The position numbers and the translations under genes are program-made. From Chlorokybus atmophyticus (taxonomy: Eukaryota; Plantae; Mesostigma and Chlorokybus algae), in NCBI GenBank assembly GCA_009103225.1, contig RHPI01000890.1:1-29149 (forward strand): DNA of 29,149 nucleotides, written 5' to 3'. Position 1 is the first letter of the stretch, and every line of letters begins with the position of its first letter. Positions 1 to 10,910 of this stretch are shown one piece after another. Below the pieces are notes generated by a model that saw nothing but the letters and a program-made list of their open reading frames with translations, searched no databases and was not told the origin of the DNA.

Positions 1-23
1 CCTACAAACTCACACGCATGCAG

Positions 24-1887
24 GTGATACCATCTCGCATGCGCGCTCGCAAGCATTGTCAAATAAACCTGAGAACCGCTGCGGCGAGCGCGGACGCATA
101 GAGGTTAAGTTGCTTCTGCACAATATTGCGCGTAATGGACATGCTGGTACTGGAGAGAAACATCAGCGCTGCGGCAAGTGCAGAATCGCCTACTATTGCT
201 CATTCGAGTGCCAGGTGTGCGTGTGCATGTATGCGCATGCTTGGCGTGCAAGTCTTACTCATGTGCACACGTGCTTGCGTGCGAGTGAGCGAGTGAGGTA
301 ATTGTTCGCAAGTGTCAATGGTTTTGCTGTTGACACACACCTTACAACAACCTGCTGCAGGCATCTGTTTTGCCACTACACATGTTAAAGTGCAAAGCGC
401 TGTACAAGTGGCTGCACACGTCTGTTGGCTCCAGGTGGTAATGCTTGCATTCATCAGCGCTTTTTATTATATGTTTGGCAGCTTTGCTGCTGGCACGTCA
501 CGTACGCTACACAACGTGCACAATTCCTCTTGTTGAGTGAGTAATTCTGTTTTGCAGCCGCAAGTATGCGTTGAACTCGTGGGCACGCCTTGTTGTACGG
601 GCGTTGCTCACTTGCCATTTTGAACACGACGGGGTACGGGGATAACAGCATCTTGCATTCTGCGTGTACATGTTCTCAGTAACAGTTGCGATGGCAAGTA
701 TACACCGAGACGAGTGTGCCACACACTTGTCTACAGCTGCGTTGTATGCTTTTGTGCTGGTGCGTGTTTGTATGCGTGCACGTGTGCACACTACGTACAG
801 CAAGTGGGGAGAACGCACTTAGCAACATTCTTGCAGGTGATGAAGGCTCAGCCATACAGCAATTGGGCTTGATAGAGTCACTCAACAACCGTATCCTGCA
901 TAGCATAACACTTGACGGCCTTTAACAGCAGGATTGCCATGCTTCATTATTGTTTCCTCAATCAACTTGCTCATGCGTTAACTCAAGTGCACACGTACGC
1001 TTGCGCACAAACGCACTGCACATGTGTTTATTATTATTACACAGACCCTCACGCTTTCAAGCACGTGCGCATCCACTCGCACGTGTGGAATCCCTACCTC
1101 ACCCTCCCTCTTCCCCGGCCCGCTCCACCACACACACACACCAACACACACAACATTATGTGTGGCCGCGAAATGCTTCGGCAGATCGACATGTAACCTT
1201 TGAAAACGACAAGCGAAGGAACTGGGCGGAGCAAAAGGCAAATACTGTGCAAAAGTTTGTGGCAAATGGTCAGCTCCTAATTGCCGTCCCCTCGCACCTT
1301 GTCAATCACAGAAACCTGTTGTATCGGCTGTTGAGCGACGTTCAAAACATTAAAGACCCTTTGGGTGAAATATATGGCATTGGCATCTACCCAGTCGGTC
1401 GCATCAACCGCAGGTGAGCACACGCCCACATAATACCCAACTGTTGCATGCACCCCACGCAAAGGCACACGCACGGATACAAAATGCCAAATGCAACTAG
1501 AAGCGCATATGCAAGCACAAGGGCTGGAGTACTTGCTGTGAACTGCCAAGTGCATGTGCCCTCGCTTTGTTGCCAGTGGTGACACGCTTGTGCCTGTGCC
1601 TGTGCAGCTGCGATCCATCTGCCCTTGTGACATTTGGGCTATTGGCCAGCGTGCGCGCTGTACGGGCTATGAACCTGAAGAGCAGGCTAGTGCATGCGTG
1701 TATTCGTGCATGATGCACGAGTGAGGGTGTGCGTGCACACGGTCGTGATAAGTAACTTACTTACCATCTGCATTCTCATGTCACTGTTGGGTATGTCAAT
1801 CTGATGGACAGCACGGCATCGCGGCAGTATTTTCTTCTTTTGCAGTACCATTTGGACTGCCGTGGTACCCGCTGCGTCAGCAACAAG
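24..1887 (+). pseudogene. SMYD-like SET-MYND lysine methyltransferase, multi-exon, degenerate
   Basis: Manual splicing. Exon 24-214 (RCGKCRIAYYCSFECQ) + exon 361-434 (ASVLPLHMLKC) complete a MYND finger. Exon ending 1413 (GIGIYPVGRINR) + exon from 1608 (SCDPSALVTF..SVRAVRA) give the SET motif G-x-Y-P..N(H)SC-x-P(N). Segment 1780-1887 (VTVGYVNL..RQ..LLLQYHLDCRGTRC) matches the SET end and post-SET YxFxCxCxRC. Lesions: NHSC>NRSC, CxC>CRG, frameshift near 1670, acceptor CAT instead of CAG at 1777-1779. Confidence 0.75.
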
Positions 1888-3243
1888 GTCTCTAGCGCAT
1901 GAGCAGGCATTTGTACACACAGAGGCGTGCACGCACACTCACAAAGCAATGGAATGCATACACCCATCTTCCCCTCGTATATGGACTCACTAGCACTGCA
2001 CATGGTACCCACTGCCTTTTGTGTGCATGGTACCCTTGCTGATCAAGCTCTGGGCGAACGGTACAGGTGCTTAACAGGGCTGTAAAGGGTTGTTGAATTT
2101 CAATTAAGGTAATATTAACATTTACTGTAGGGAATGCTTGTGGAAGTATGCACAATTGTGGGTATGCACTAAGAGTCTCCTTGCTGACTGACATTGCATA
2201 TAAAGCTTGCCCAAGCTGCATGGAGTGCGCAGATCACTCAAACATCACTGTCATCCCATTGTTGTGCAGTCGCACTGACTGCGGGTGGTGACTGCGGTTC
2301 AGCTGTTTGCGATGAGTGCGGTTGTACAATTACCAGCAAAGCAATGTCTAAGACATCGCTTGTTTAGGATCTCGCAGAGCGCTGCATGGCAGACGCATTC
2401 AAGCTGGAGTTCGTTTGCTAGCATAACTACAAAGCACATCAAGCACACACACTTGTGCTAATATATATAAATACTTGCAGGTGTGTACAACCGCCGTCGT
2501 GATATTTGCTCAAACATTGCAAATTCATTATGAACGACAGGAGGTCGGGGTCCGCTGCAAGAGCGCAAGCAAAATGGGAAAGTGTGGTTGACACGTATCA
2601 AAAGTTCCGGATACCAGCGAGCGTGTGCATGAAGCTCAAAACGGACTTTACAAGATGACACACACGTGCAGCTCATGCAATGCTTGTCGCCTCAATTGCA
2701 GGGAACGGCACATCGATTCGTACATTCTACGCGTCAGCTGTTGCGCATGCCGCATGCGCAATAGCTGACGCATAGACAACACTACTTGACAAGCATTATT
2801 TGAGATAAAGCCAGCCCCAGCCTTTGGCCAACTTGCCCGGTCGTCGCTCACTCCAAGCCTTGCGTACTACAGGCTTGCAGAGCGACAAAAGATTTCAATC
2901 GCGCAATTGCTGTTGCGGAAGCCAACATTGCTCCGTATGAAACAAGCAGCATGCCAGTGGCTACTTTCGCGTGGCTTGGGCTGCAAGATGCACTTGGCGT
3001 CCACCTGCATGTAACATACATCTTTCTTGTGTGGGCAATACAGTCCTACATGTTTTTATGCGAAATTGCTAGCACTCATCGTGCACAGCACTGGTTAGGA
3101 GCCTTTCACCACGCACATGCAGCACTGTGATAGGCAGTGTGTTTTAATTGACGAAACATGGCTTGCACACATATCCGTCGGGGCGTGTGAGCACACCATG
3201 TGTGTATGTGCAATTGTCTAAGTGTACACGTGTGTGCACTGTG

Positions 3244-3322
3244 TGTAACGGGAAGGTACATTAAATTACCACAAATCGACCATAAAAGCACCAAGTCTTT
3301 TGTGGTCGAGTGGGCTGTGACA
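3244..3322 (+). repeat. TRIM 5' LTR (79 bp)
   Basis: TG...CA termini, identical to 3692-3770. Contains a 13-bp stem hairpin at 3276-3309. Confidence 0.92.
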
Positions 3323-3357
3323 TTGGTCATCGGAGCTTGAGACCCGGGTTCGATTCC
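3303..3357 (+). promoter_or_regulatory. tRNA-type RNA polymerase III A-box and B-box spanning the TRIM LTR/internal junction
   Basis: A-box-like TGGTCGAGTGG at 3303-3313 (in the LTR) and B-box GGTTCGATTCC at 3347-3357 (internal). The 44-nt offset equals tRNA positions 8 to 52. Confidence 0.55.
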
Positions 3358-3691
3358 TGCCTTGCACACGAATTCCGCGGTCGTTGTTTCTCGATCCAAT
3401 AATCGTAAATGGTCACTTTATGAGTGCCATCATCGATTGGTCACGACTTGCCTAATGGCAGTCGCGCCGAACTGACCAGTTCAGTCGGCGCGGCAGAGCG
3501 CGACCTGCCTATCGCGGCGACGCGACCTGTGGGGCCGGCAGCGGCGCGCTATGCGCGCGCTGACCGGTATGGGCCTATATTGGCCGGTCCTTGGCTGTGG
3601 GGCCGGTGACCGACCCTAACAAACCCCTTGGGTAATTCCCCAGCTGACCGCGCAGCTGCCGAGGACGTCAGCGTTCTTAAGTGGGGGGGAA

Positions 3692-3770
3692 TGTAACGGG
3701 AAGGTACATTAAATTACCACAAATCGACCATAAAAGCACCAAGTCTTTTGTGGTCGAGTGGGCTGTGACA
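3692..3770 (+). repeat. TRIM 3' LTR (79 bp)
   Basis: Directly preceded by the PPT and identical to the 5' LTR. Confidence 0.92.
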
Positions 3771-3920
3771 CTGTGAGTATTTTCCTTGCATGTTATCATC
3801 TCATAAGCATGGTTTGTTGCAATCTTGTTGTCACGAAAATTATCGTCATCAAAAGCTTGTGAAATGTAGGCGTTCATGTGTGACGAGGGATATCCTTCCA
3901 AGGCCACGGACATGTTCCAG

Positions 3921-4164
3921 CAAGCGGACACGATACTTCGCAACATTTAGGCTAAAGAGTGAGCTTGCACGACTCATGGAGCTGATACTGAAGCATGTGG
4001 AGCAGACTGCTGACAAGGGCTTGTGCCCGCATGATGAGATGAGAATGTGTACAACACAGCTCGTCGGCCGGACTAAAACAGTCACCCACCAAGTGTGCCA
4101 CCTGTTCTGTGGCGAAGAGCATCTACGAACAAGCACGCTTGCCAATTTGAAAAACGGGCAATAA
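3921..4164 (+). pseudogene. Putative terminal exon of the SMYD-like gene (helical C-terminal domain)
   Basis: Follows acceptor TTCCAG. Encodes YFATFRLKSELARLMEL...VCHLFCGEEHLRTSTL*, resembling the SMYD C-terminal 'thG.eH' helix. The intervening exons (2000-3000) were not resolved. Confidence 0.35.
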
Positions 4165-6080
4165 CCAGAACAATGGTAGTAGTGGTAATACCGACAGCCT
4201 GTTAATACTACCGTCGCTGAGCGAGTGGCAGCCTGCTGTAGCAGTTGTGGGGAGGCTGATGGCGCAAGAGTGCTGTTGATTGATGGGCAAGGTAGTAGTG
4301 TATAGGATACTCAGACATCTTTGTGTGTGAACAGTGCATGCACAATGGAGGTGCTGGCCACTCGCAGCAGTGTTTGTAACTTGTATCCCTGTGTGCGTGA
4401 AGGCGTGCGCGCGAGTGTGGTGTCGGCATAAGTACCCTCTGCATCATGCATGTGTGCAGTAGTGCACACATGCAGCATGGTTGCTGCACACGCCTGCTGG
4501 ATTGCTGTCACGCTAGTTGGCAGGTGGTGACAGCCTGCTAGATGGCTGATGGCAGCACCAGCAGCTTATGGACGAAGTGGACGACCAAGGCGGCATTGGT
4601 GGTGGAGGGTTTGGGAGCGGCGGCAAGTATCGTCGTGAGAGTCGTGGTCGGCGCTAACGCTACCGCTGGTGACGCAGGTACTGCACTGAGTCGGTGCTGC
4701 CATGGGGCTATGCATATGGGGTAGATAAGTTTAGCTCATGGATCATATAGCCTGGCGATGGTGACTGCAATATGACGGCTGTGGTTAACTGCGGCTATGT
4801 ATGCATGTGTATGTCGACTAAGTGAGTGCGCATGCAAACACGTTTTGAGCATGTATGATACAGCACCAAGTACATACACGACATTGTCTAAACTTGTGCA
4901 CCGGGTGCCACACCTGCGGCAGGTATGCCGACAATGGTCATCTGCACGTTGTGTTTATGGTGGTCGGCATCTGCATCAACTTGGTTGTTATAATTTGCTT
5001 AGCTAACTGGTGCACATCAAACCAGCAGCATGCACTTGCCCATGTGCGCTCCTGCATACATACAGAGTGAGAGCACTTAGTCGTTTACACTTGCTGACAA
5101 CCGCATGTACATATATAAGCGCACCAGTGCCAAGCTCTCACCAGCATGCGGCACTACACAGCATCAACTATGGGTTACATGTACCGCTCGTGTGTGTACA
5201 ACTGATACACGCAGGAGGAGCAGCGCAGTGCACATCAACTGGAATATTGTACACAAAGGCGGGATTTAACTAGTGAACGACGCGCATAGTTTGCACACAT
5301 ACAAGTGCATACACACAGGTACTCACAATGACTGACTGGTGCTTAACCTAATGCACCGCACATGCACACACTGATGAGGCGTGTGCATAAGGCGTAAAAG
5401 CGGGGAAACGCTACATTGCGGTGCAATGGGCCTCATCGCGGACGCACTTCAATCATTATGCATGCCGTTGGGAGGTAGCTACTCGCAATAGGCCAAGAAC
5501 TCCCACTGCATGCAACCACAAGCCGCCATTGGTATGCTCGTGTACTTGTGTCAATGCATGTGCATGTCTTCGTATGTTTGCGTGTGCTCATGCATGTGCC
5601 TGTCTCATATGTATGCATTCTGCTTGTCGTCTGTTCATCACATATCATTTGGCATCTCGTGCATTGCATGAGTTAAATTTAATTCAACCACAGATGTCCC
5701 ATGTGTCACAAACATCTCTCACGGGTCACAAGCAGTTCTCAAAACTAAAATAAGATACTTCGGGCTTGAACGATGACTTGAGCGATGAGGAGGCCACACA
5801 TCATATGGTGTTGCATCGTTGCGAACCAGTGGGCTTAAGCAGTTGAACATCGAAATGCAACCATGTAATGTAACAATGTAAACAATTAATGAACAATCAA
5901 ATGCCACTCGTCAACAGGCTTACATCGTACAATGTGTATGAGAAGAACAACATGTCTACTTACATCGCTATGGCCCATCATGGCTTATGATCGGCGACAA
6001 CACATGAGCAGCTTGTTTTCACTTCATCAAGATACGGGGTTTATAGCTCCAAGGAATTATACACATTATTTCAAACTGCG

Positions 6081-6156
6081 CCCCCTCCCCCCCCCNNNNN
6101 NNNNNNNNNNNNNNNNNNNNNNNNNNNNNCCCCCCCCCCCCCCCCCCCCCCCCCCC
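6081..6156. other. Poly-C tract containing a 34-N assembly gap
   Basis: Ns at 6096-6129, flanked by C runs. Confidence 0.95.
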
Positions 6157-6786
6157 TTTCTCTCCAACAAAATTCACAACTGCTTATACTTTCTATTCAT
6201 TTGTATCAGATGCAAGGCCCATCACATGCCACACATGTTGTACGCATGTAATGTGCGCGCTGCATTCAAGCTACCATCTGACAATTTGTAACCATGACAA
6301 TATGGTGCAAAATTCGTATACTATATATTATATTATACTTTAAGTCGTAAGATACATATGGGTACGTGGATATACATTTGTATGTATTTGTATACATAAG
6401 GCTGATTGCTGAACATACCTGTAATTAAGCTCGAATGTACCTTATCGATGCGCAATGACGTGTATGATACATTCCAATTACTAACAATATTATTCGACAA
6501 CGACCCTCTGATTTGAGTTTATTTTAATGGAAATCTTACAAGCTAGCGCACCAATTCACGTGAATGCGCAACATTTGCGTGTAAAATGCAAACATGGGCT
6601 TTGAAGCCAGTATTAAATTATTACGTCGCAAAATGTTTCCCCTGCCGGCCGAATAAACATTGGCAACGGCCGTGCACCTGAAGATACTTATTTAAACTGT
6701 CGTGGCTCAGCCCACCTATAATCTCAATACAGGGACCTGAGTACAACTTCCGATACTATCAGGCCCTTTCCGTTACAATTCAGTCT

Positions 6787-7052
6787 TTAACAATTGACTA
6801 TGCCTAATTAACAGGCCCCTGTCAGTTACTTGTCATGCGTTAACAGGTGACCAATTCTAATTTACGGGCACCTGTAAGTTACCTATTATGCCTTAACAAT
6901 TGACTATTTTTAAATTACTGGCACTTGTAAGTTACCTATCATGCCTTAACATGTGACTATACCTAATTAACAGGCACCTGCAAGTTACACATCAGTCTAC
7001 CTTGGGTGACTCAGCATATGTGACAGGCACCTGCAGGTTGCATTAATCCAGC
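6787..7052. repeat. 53-bp tandem minisatellite, about 5 units (copy A)
   Basis: Units start at 6787, 6840, 6893, 6946 and about 7000. Core TTAACA..TGACTAT...AATTAACAGGCACCTGTAAGTTAC. Confidence 0.9.
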
Positions 7053-7446
7053 GCACGAGACTGAGCTTAATTCATAGGCACCAACTAGGTAATTCGACAA
7101 GATAAGGCATTCCGTAAGCAACTAAAGATGACTGATGCCTAACTGTCGTTATATATGTATTTGCATAGCATGACTACACGCGACTGTCACTGACTACCAG
7201 CATCGTTATGTGCCTGTGCTGTGTACAAGTACCTGAGGTATGTACAGTGTCTCTCTGTCACTTGCCAAGGCTGATAGTTCGAATATGTGACTTGCGTTGC
7301 CTGCAGTTCTGTTGTGTATGATAGGGATGGAAGTGGTTACATGAGCATAATAAAGATTGACTGAGCTGGTTTAAGATGCACAGCACCAAGTCACAAGAGC
7401 CTTGCAGATGTGTACATCATATCAGCTAAACGGACTATCAATTGCG

Positions 7447-9197
7447 CTAAAGCTCCTCTCCATCATCATCTTGCATGTAATTATGGAACAAAGCACCACG
7501 CGCTGGGGAATGCAGATGAGACGCCGGAGCTTGCTCTTCCTCCTCCTCAAATGGTTGCGCCAGCCAATCAAATGCCGCTTCTGCCTCAGCGAGCGGGTCA
7601 CGAGCTGCTGTCTCTTGCGGCCGGCGACAATTGGGATCTTGCAGGTATTCGACACAAGATGCAGTGCGGCGCTTTGCAAAGGTGAATGGCTGGAGGGCTA
7701 CGCACCGTTGCCTCATCTCCCGCTTCATTGACATGATCATGGTGTCGATTTCTCTGAGGTACTCTTCATGCGTGTCGATGCTGGCAACTAGGAGAGGGTC
7801 TCCATCTTTGCCCTTTAAGATGCACTCCACCTGCGTAGTTTACAGGCATATCTTAGTGGCATTGGAAGCCATTATTCACTACAACGTGTCTGCAAGCCTG
7901 TAGTTTGGGGCTACAGCATTCCTTAATTGCTAGTGATTCATTTTAAAGTGCTCAGCGTAAGCAACAAGTATGCGAGGTGGTTCACTGTCAACTGCCGAAA
8001 AACCAGGTGTACTGACGGCGTACGACCAGCATTGCACGATCATTTGCCAGATTATGGGATTGCCCCATTCATAGATGTATCTCCTCCGCTCCGGGTCTGC
8101 ATTGTCGGTCACCTCAAATTTCCGCCATGACTTGTTTGCGAGAGTCGTACCAACAAGGCATTTGTCATGATATAGATAGTTTAAGTTGAGCCTGCACTAG
8201 GCTATAATAGTGCATGTGACTTACTTTAGAGCACGTTGCGCATCTGGGCTTTTTGGGTCTCGGGGTCCGTTAGGGCGTCGATGTGCCTGATTGAATTGGT
8301 TACAATAGGCAAGATGCGTACGTGTGTATGGAGGCTGAGTAAGAAGGCAGTGTTGCATAGCAGACATGGTGAGGGACTTAACCCACTTGCGCTTGTTGCT
8401 GTTAAAATGTGTCCACTTGTACTCTTTCTCAAAGACATGCTTGATCTTAGTGATGTTCTCAGACCGGAGTTGCGTAGCTTTCTTCAAGTCGACACTCTAA
8501 TGGAAGGGGCACTTTTTGGGCGTCCGATACACCGCATAGAACTTGGCCGCATCGGCCTCGTCGTCACGGTTGAAGCCAACCACCTGTCACGGGCAGGTTG
8601 GTCATTGTTACGATGCAGTGAGGTCATGAAGCATTCACAGCACCTGACCCATGACGTTACGAATAGTGTCCTCCTTGGGATAAACGTGGCTCTTTACCCA
8701 ATAGCCGTTTATGATCTTAACGACGGCATCTCGCAGATGCTGACCACAGAAGAACAATCCGTTACACACAGTATCACAGTGTCACACAATGCTTACCTCA
8801 TTGCTAATCTTCCATTTGCTTGGGGATGGGTTTTTGACGGCCGAGGTTGATACGTCACGGCCAAATGCGTTTGGGTTGGGGGTTCCAATTGACTTTCTGC
8901 AAGCACACCCACGTGAGTCATCTTGCCAGCTATGAAGGACGCAACCCTCACAATTGAGCAAGAAGCAACGTTTAAGTGCATCAAGAACGCATGCATTTTA
9001 GCTTGCCCTTGCGACTGCGGTGTTTGATGCAGTTGTTGTGATGGGCTGAACGTTAGCGCGGGGTCTTGCTGCGATTGGTTGGCCAAGAGTGGCTGTTGCT
9101 GGTTGGCGACGGTTGCTTGGTTGAGCACTAGGGGCAATGTGAACTTGGGGCGCCGACCTCTACGACGAGGTGCACCTACAGATGGACCACGAGGCAT
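7447..9197 (-). pseudogene. ORF-L copy A: spliced orphan gene of the large repeat
   Basis: ATG at 9197 (MPRGPSVGAPRRRGRRPK...). Splicing with a GC donor at 9006 and GT-AG introns, including a 36-nt intron at 8497-8532, gives a continuous protein matching copy B. Lesions in A: CAA>TAA near 8226, lost acceptor near 8135, frameshift near 8000, GT>CT donor near 7946. Confidence 0.7.
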
Positions 9198-9199
9198 CT

Positions 9200-9650
9200 C
9201 TCCAATTGATGGTCGGGTGCCGCCTGCTTAGCTGATGGTGGCGCTGCCGCATTCAATGCTGCCACCGCCAGTTGGCCCGCTCAAATGTACGAGGCGCGAA
9301 AACGAAAATGAGGCGGTTTTGAACGTCTAGTGTCCCGCACTAGAGTCGCACTTGTAGTGCGTCCTATCTCCTATGGTTGATAGTACGACTTATGCATTCG
9401 TACCATCCATGCTTCGTACAACCAAGGGTTACAATGGCTTGGGTGTAACATTTATGGTACGACAGAGGCATCTCTTCTCCAACCCCAGCCATTTGCGTAC
9501 AATGGCTCTGTCGTACCATCCATAGTACGACAGAGGCATTGCTCGACCAACCCTGTGGGAATGGGAGTTAGCGTGCACTCACCCAAACAGCTTTATTGAT
9601 GGCCGGATGATGGCACACAGGGGCATCAGGTCGATGACGGGGCGAATGTT
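9200..9650. promoter_or_regulatory. Putative divergent promoter with GTAC cluster and hairpin
   Basis: Non-coding gap between divergent ORF-L (-) and ORF-R (+). Seven GTAC in 9383-9528, CGTACCATCCAT twice, GTACGACAGAGGCAT twice, and an 11-bp perfect stem 9506-9516/9525-9535. Confidence 0.55.
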
Positions 9651-10463
9651 AGGCATAGTAGACCTAGGTTCGACTAGGAGGCGGAGGACCATGATGATGA
9701 GGAGGAGGAGGCAGCGTGGCAGATCTTGCGAGAAGTTGTGATCGTAAGAGTTCAAGCAGCGAAGCCAGCAAATACCGGGCGCCACATTATGGATCATGGC
9801 AGGCGTCAGCAATGGGGCTGTCCAACATGCATTACCAACATTGGATAAACCAGCAGGCAAGCCATCAAGGACCATCTTTACATAGAGAGCTGCTTGGTGG
9901 CTCGCTTTCTGCAACAAGGAGTGGATCAGGAGCTGCAGTCCTTGGAGCCCCTTGTCAGAACCATGCGGGACCAATTGCGACTGTGGGAACAAGCACAAAG
10001 GAATGCGGAGGTACGCTCAACAGTCACATGCATTTCCTTGCAAGAGCAAATTTGTCTTTTGGCGCAGTTCATTGTTACATATAGCGTAGCTGCAGGCCTC
10101 CATTATTCACCCATACCCACCCCACAGTCAAGCCGACATTGCGGAATACAGAGCAGATAGACTGAGCTGAGCAGCGGTATGTTGTTGCCAATCTCGCTGT
10201 GCATGTTGACTGCATGCACCTCCAAAGCATGCCCATCTTTGCATTCTAGGATGTGCGTGAGCGTGAGAAGTCGCGCGCGCGTGCTAAACGAAGTAGGCTG
10301 GGTTTGAACACAGGAGCGCGTGGCCATTCGTCCGGCACTCAACCAATAGTGCATCAACCAGCAATGACGCAGGTGACTTATTAAAGCAACCAACTGATAA
10401 CGGTGTGACGCGGTTGACTATTGCAATTGCAGTGATGCGAGCATGCAGTTGACCCATATGTGA

Positions 10464-10865
10464 TGTTGAGAAGCAAGCATGCAAGTGAAGAGGGCAAGCA
10501 ATGACACACAGGAGAAGGCAACACACTTCCCGATTTATTACTAACAAACCGCGGGGTTATATACCCGCCAGTCAGTACACAGTTTGTACACACTGCTGGT
10601 CTACACGCAACAGCGTCCGATCTACTGAACCGAATCCTACGCTGTAAGATGTGCCATGTAGCTAACTTGATAAGCTTTCCAACAAGCTATGCCACGTCCC
10701 AAATGACTGAGTATTCTAGGAGATATGACGATTCTCCTAGGACCCTTCTCTGCAGTCCGCGCCAGGACCTTTATGTCCGGAGTCTTCGAGGTCCTCCCAT
10801 CGAGGTCCCTTCTCTTCTCTCTTGTATGCAAGGCAGGCTGACCGGATGTAGGAATATCCTCAACA
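10464..10865 (-). repeat. copia-1 3' LTR (402 bp)
   Basis: Direct repeat of 15120-15520. PPT-like GCGTGGGAG on the - strand at 10866-10874. Confidence 0.97.
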
Positions 10866-10910
10866 CTCCCACGCGGGCAGCTTGGCCTCCAACGCTTGGT
10901 CTTCTTTCAC

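Larger units (their letters stand above)
3244..3770 (+). mobile_element. TRIM (miniature non-autonomous LTR retrotransposon), 527 bp
   Basis: Identical 79-bp direct repeats 3244-3322 and 3692-3770, each TGTAAC...GTGACA. Perfect 5-bp TSD CTGTG (3239-3243, 3771-3775). iMet-like PBS TGGTCATCGGAGC at 3324-3336. PPT AAGTGGGGGGGAA at 3679-3691. No coding capacity. Confidence 0.92.

Noticed and set aside
3296-3370. Bona fide tRNA gene
   Set aside because: The D-arm and part of the T-arm fold, but the anticodon and acceptor stems do not. The sequence straddles an LTR/PBS junction.
3415-3475. Hammerhead or HDV-like ribozyme in the TRIM interior
   Set aside because: CTTTATGAG only resembles CUGAUGA, there is no correctly placed GAAA, and no nested pseudoknot was found by eye.
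3244-3770. 79-bp repeat as a long TSD of a SINE/LINE insertion
   Set aside because: TG...CA termini, a PBS, a PPT and an outer 5-bp TSD identify the repeats as LTRs.
6081-6156. Poly-C as the insertion site of a Penelope-like (Chlamys) element
   Set aside because: No RT/GIY-YIG coding or hammerhead seen, and the tract contains an assembly gap.
6787-7052. CRISPR array
   Set aside because: Degenerate head-to-tail units without unique spacers, no cas genes, eukaryotic context.
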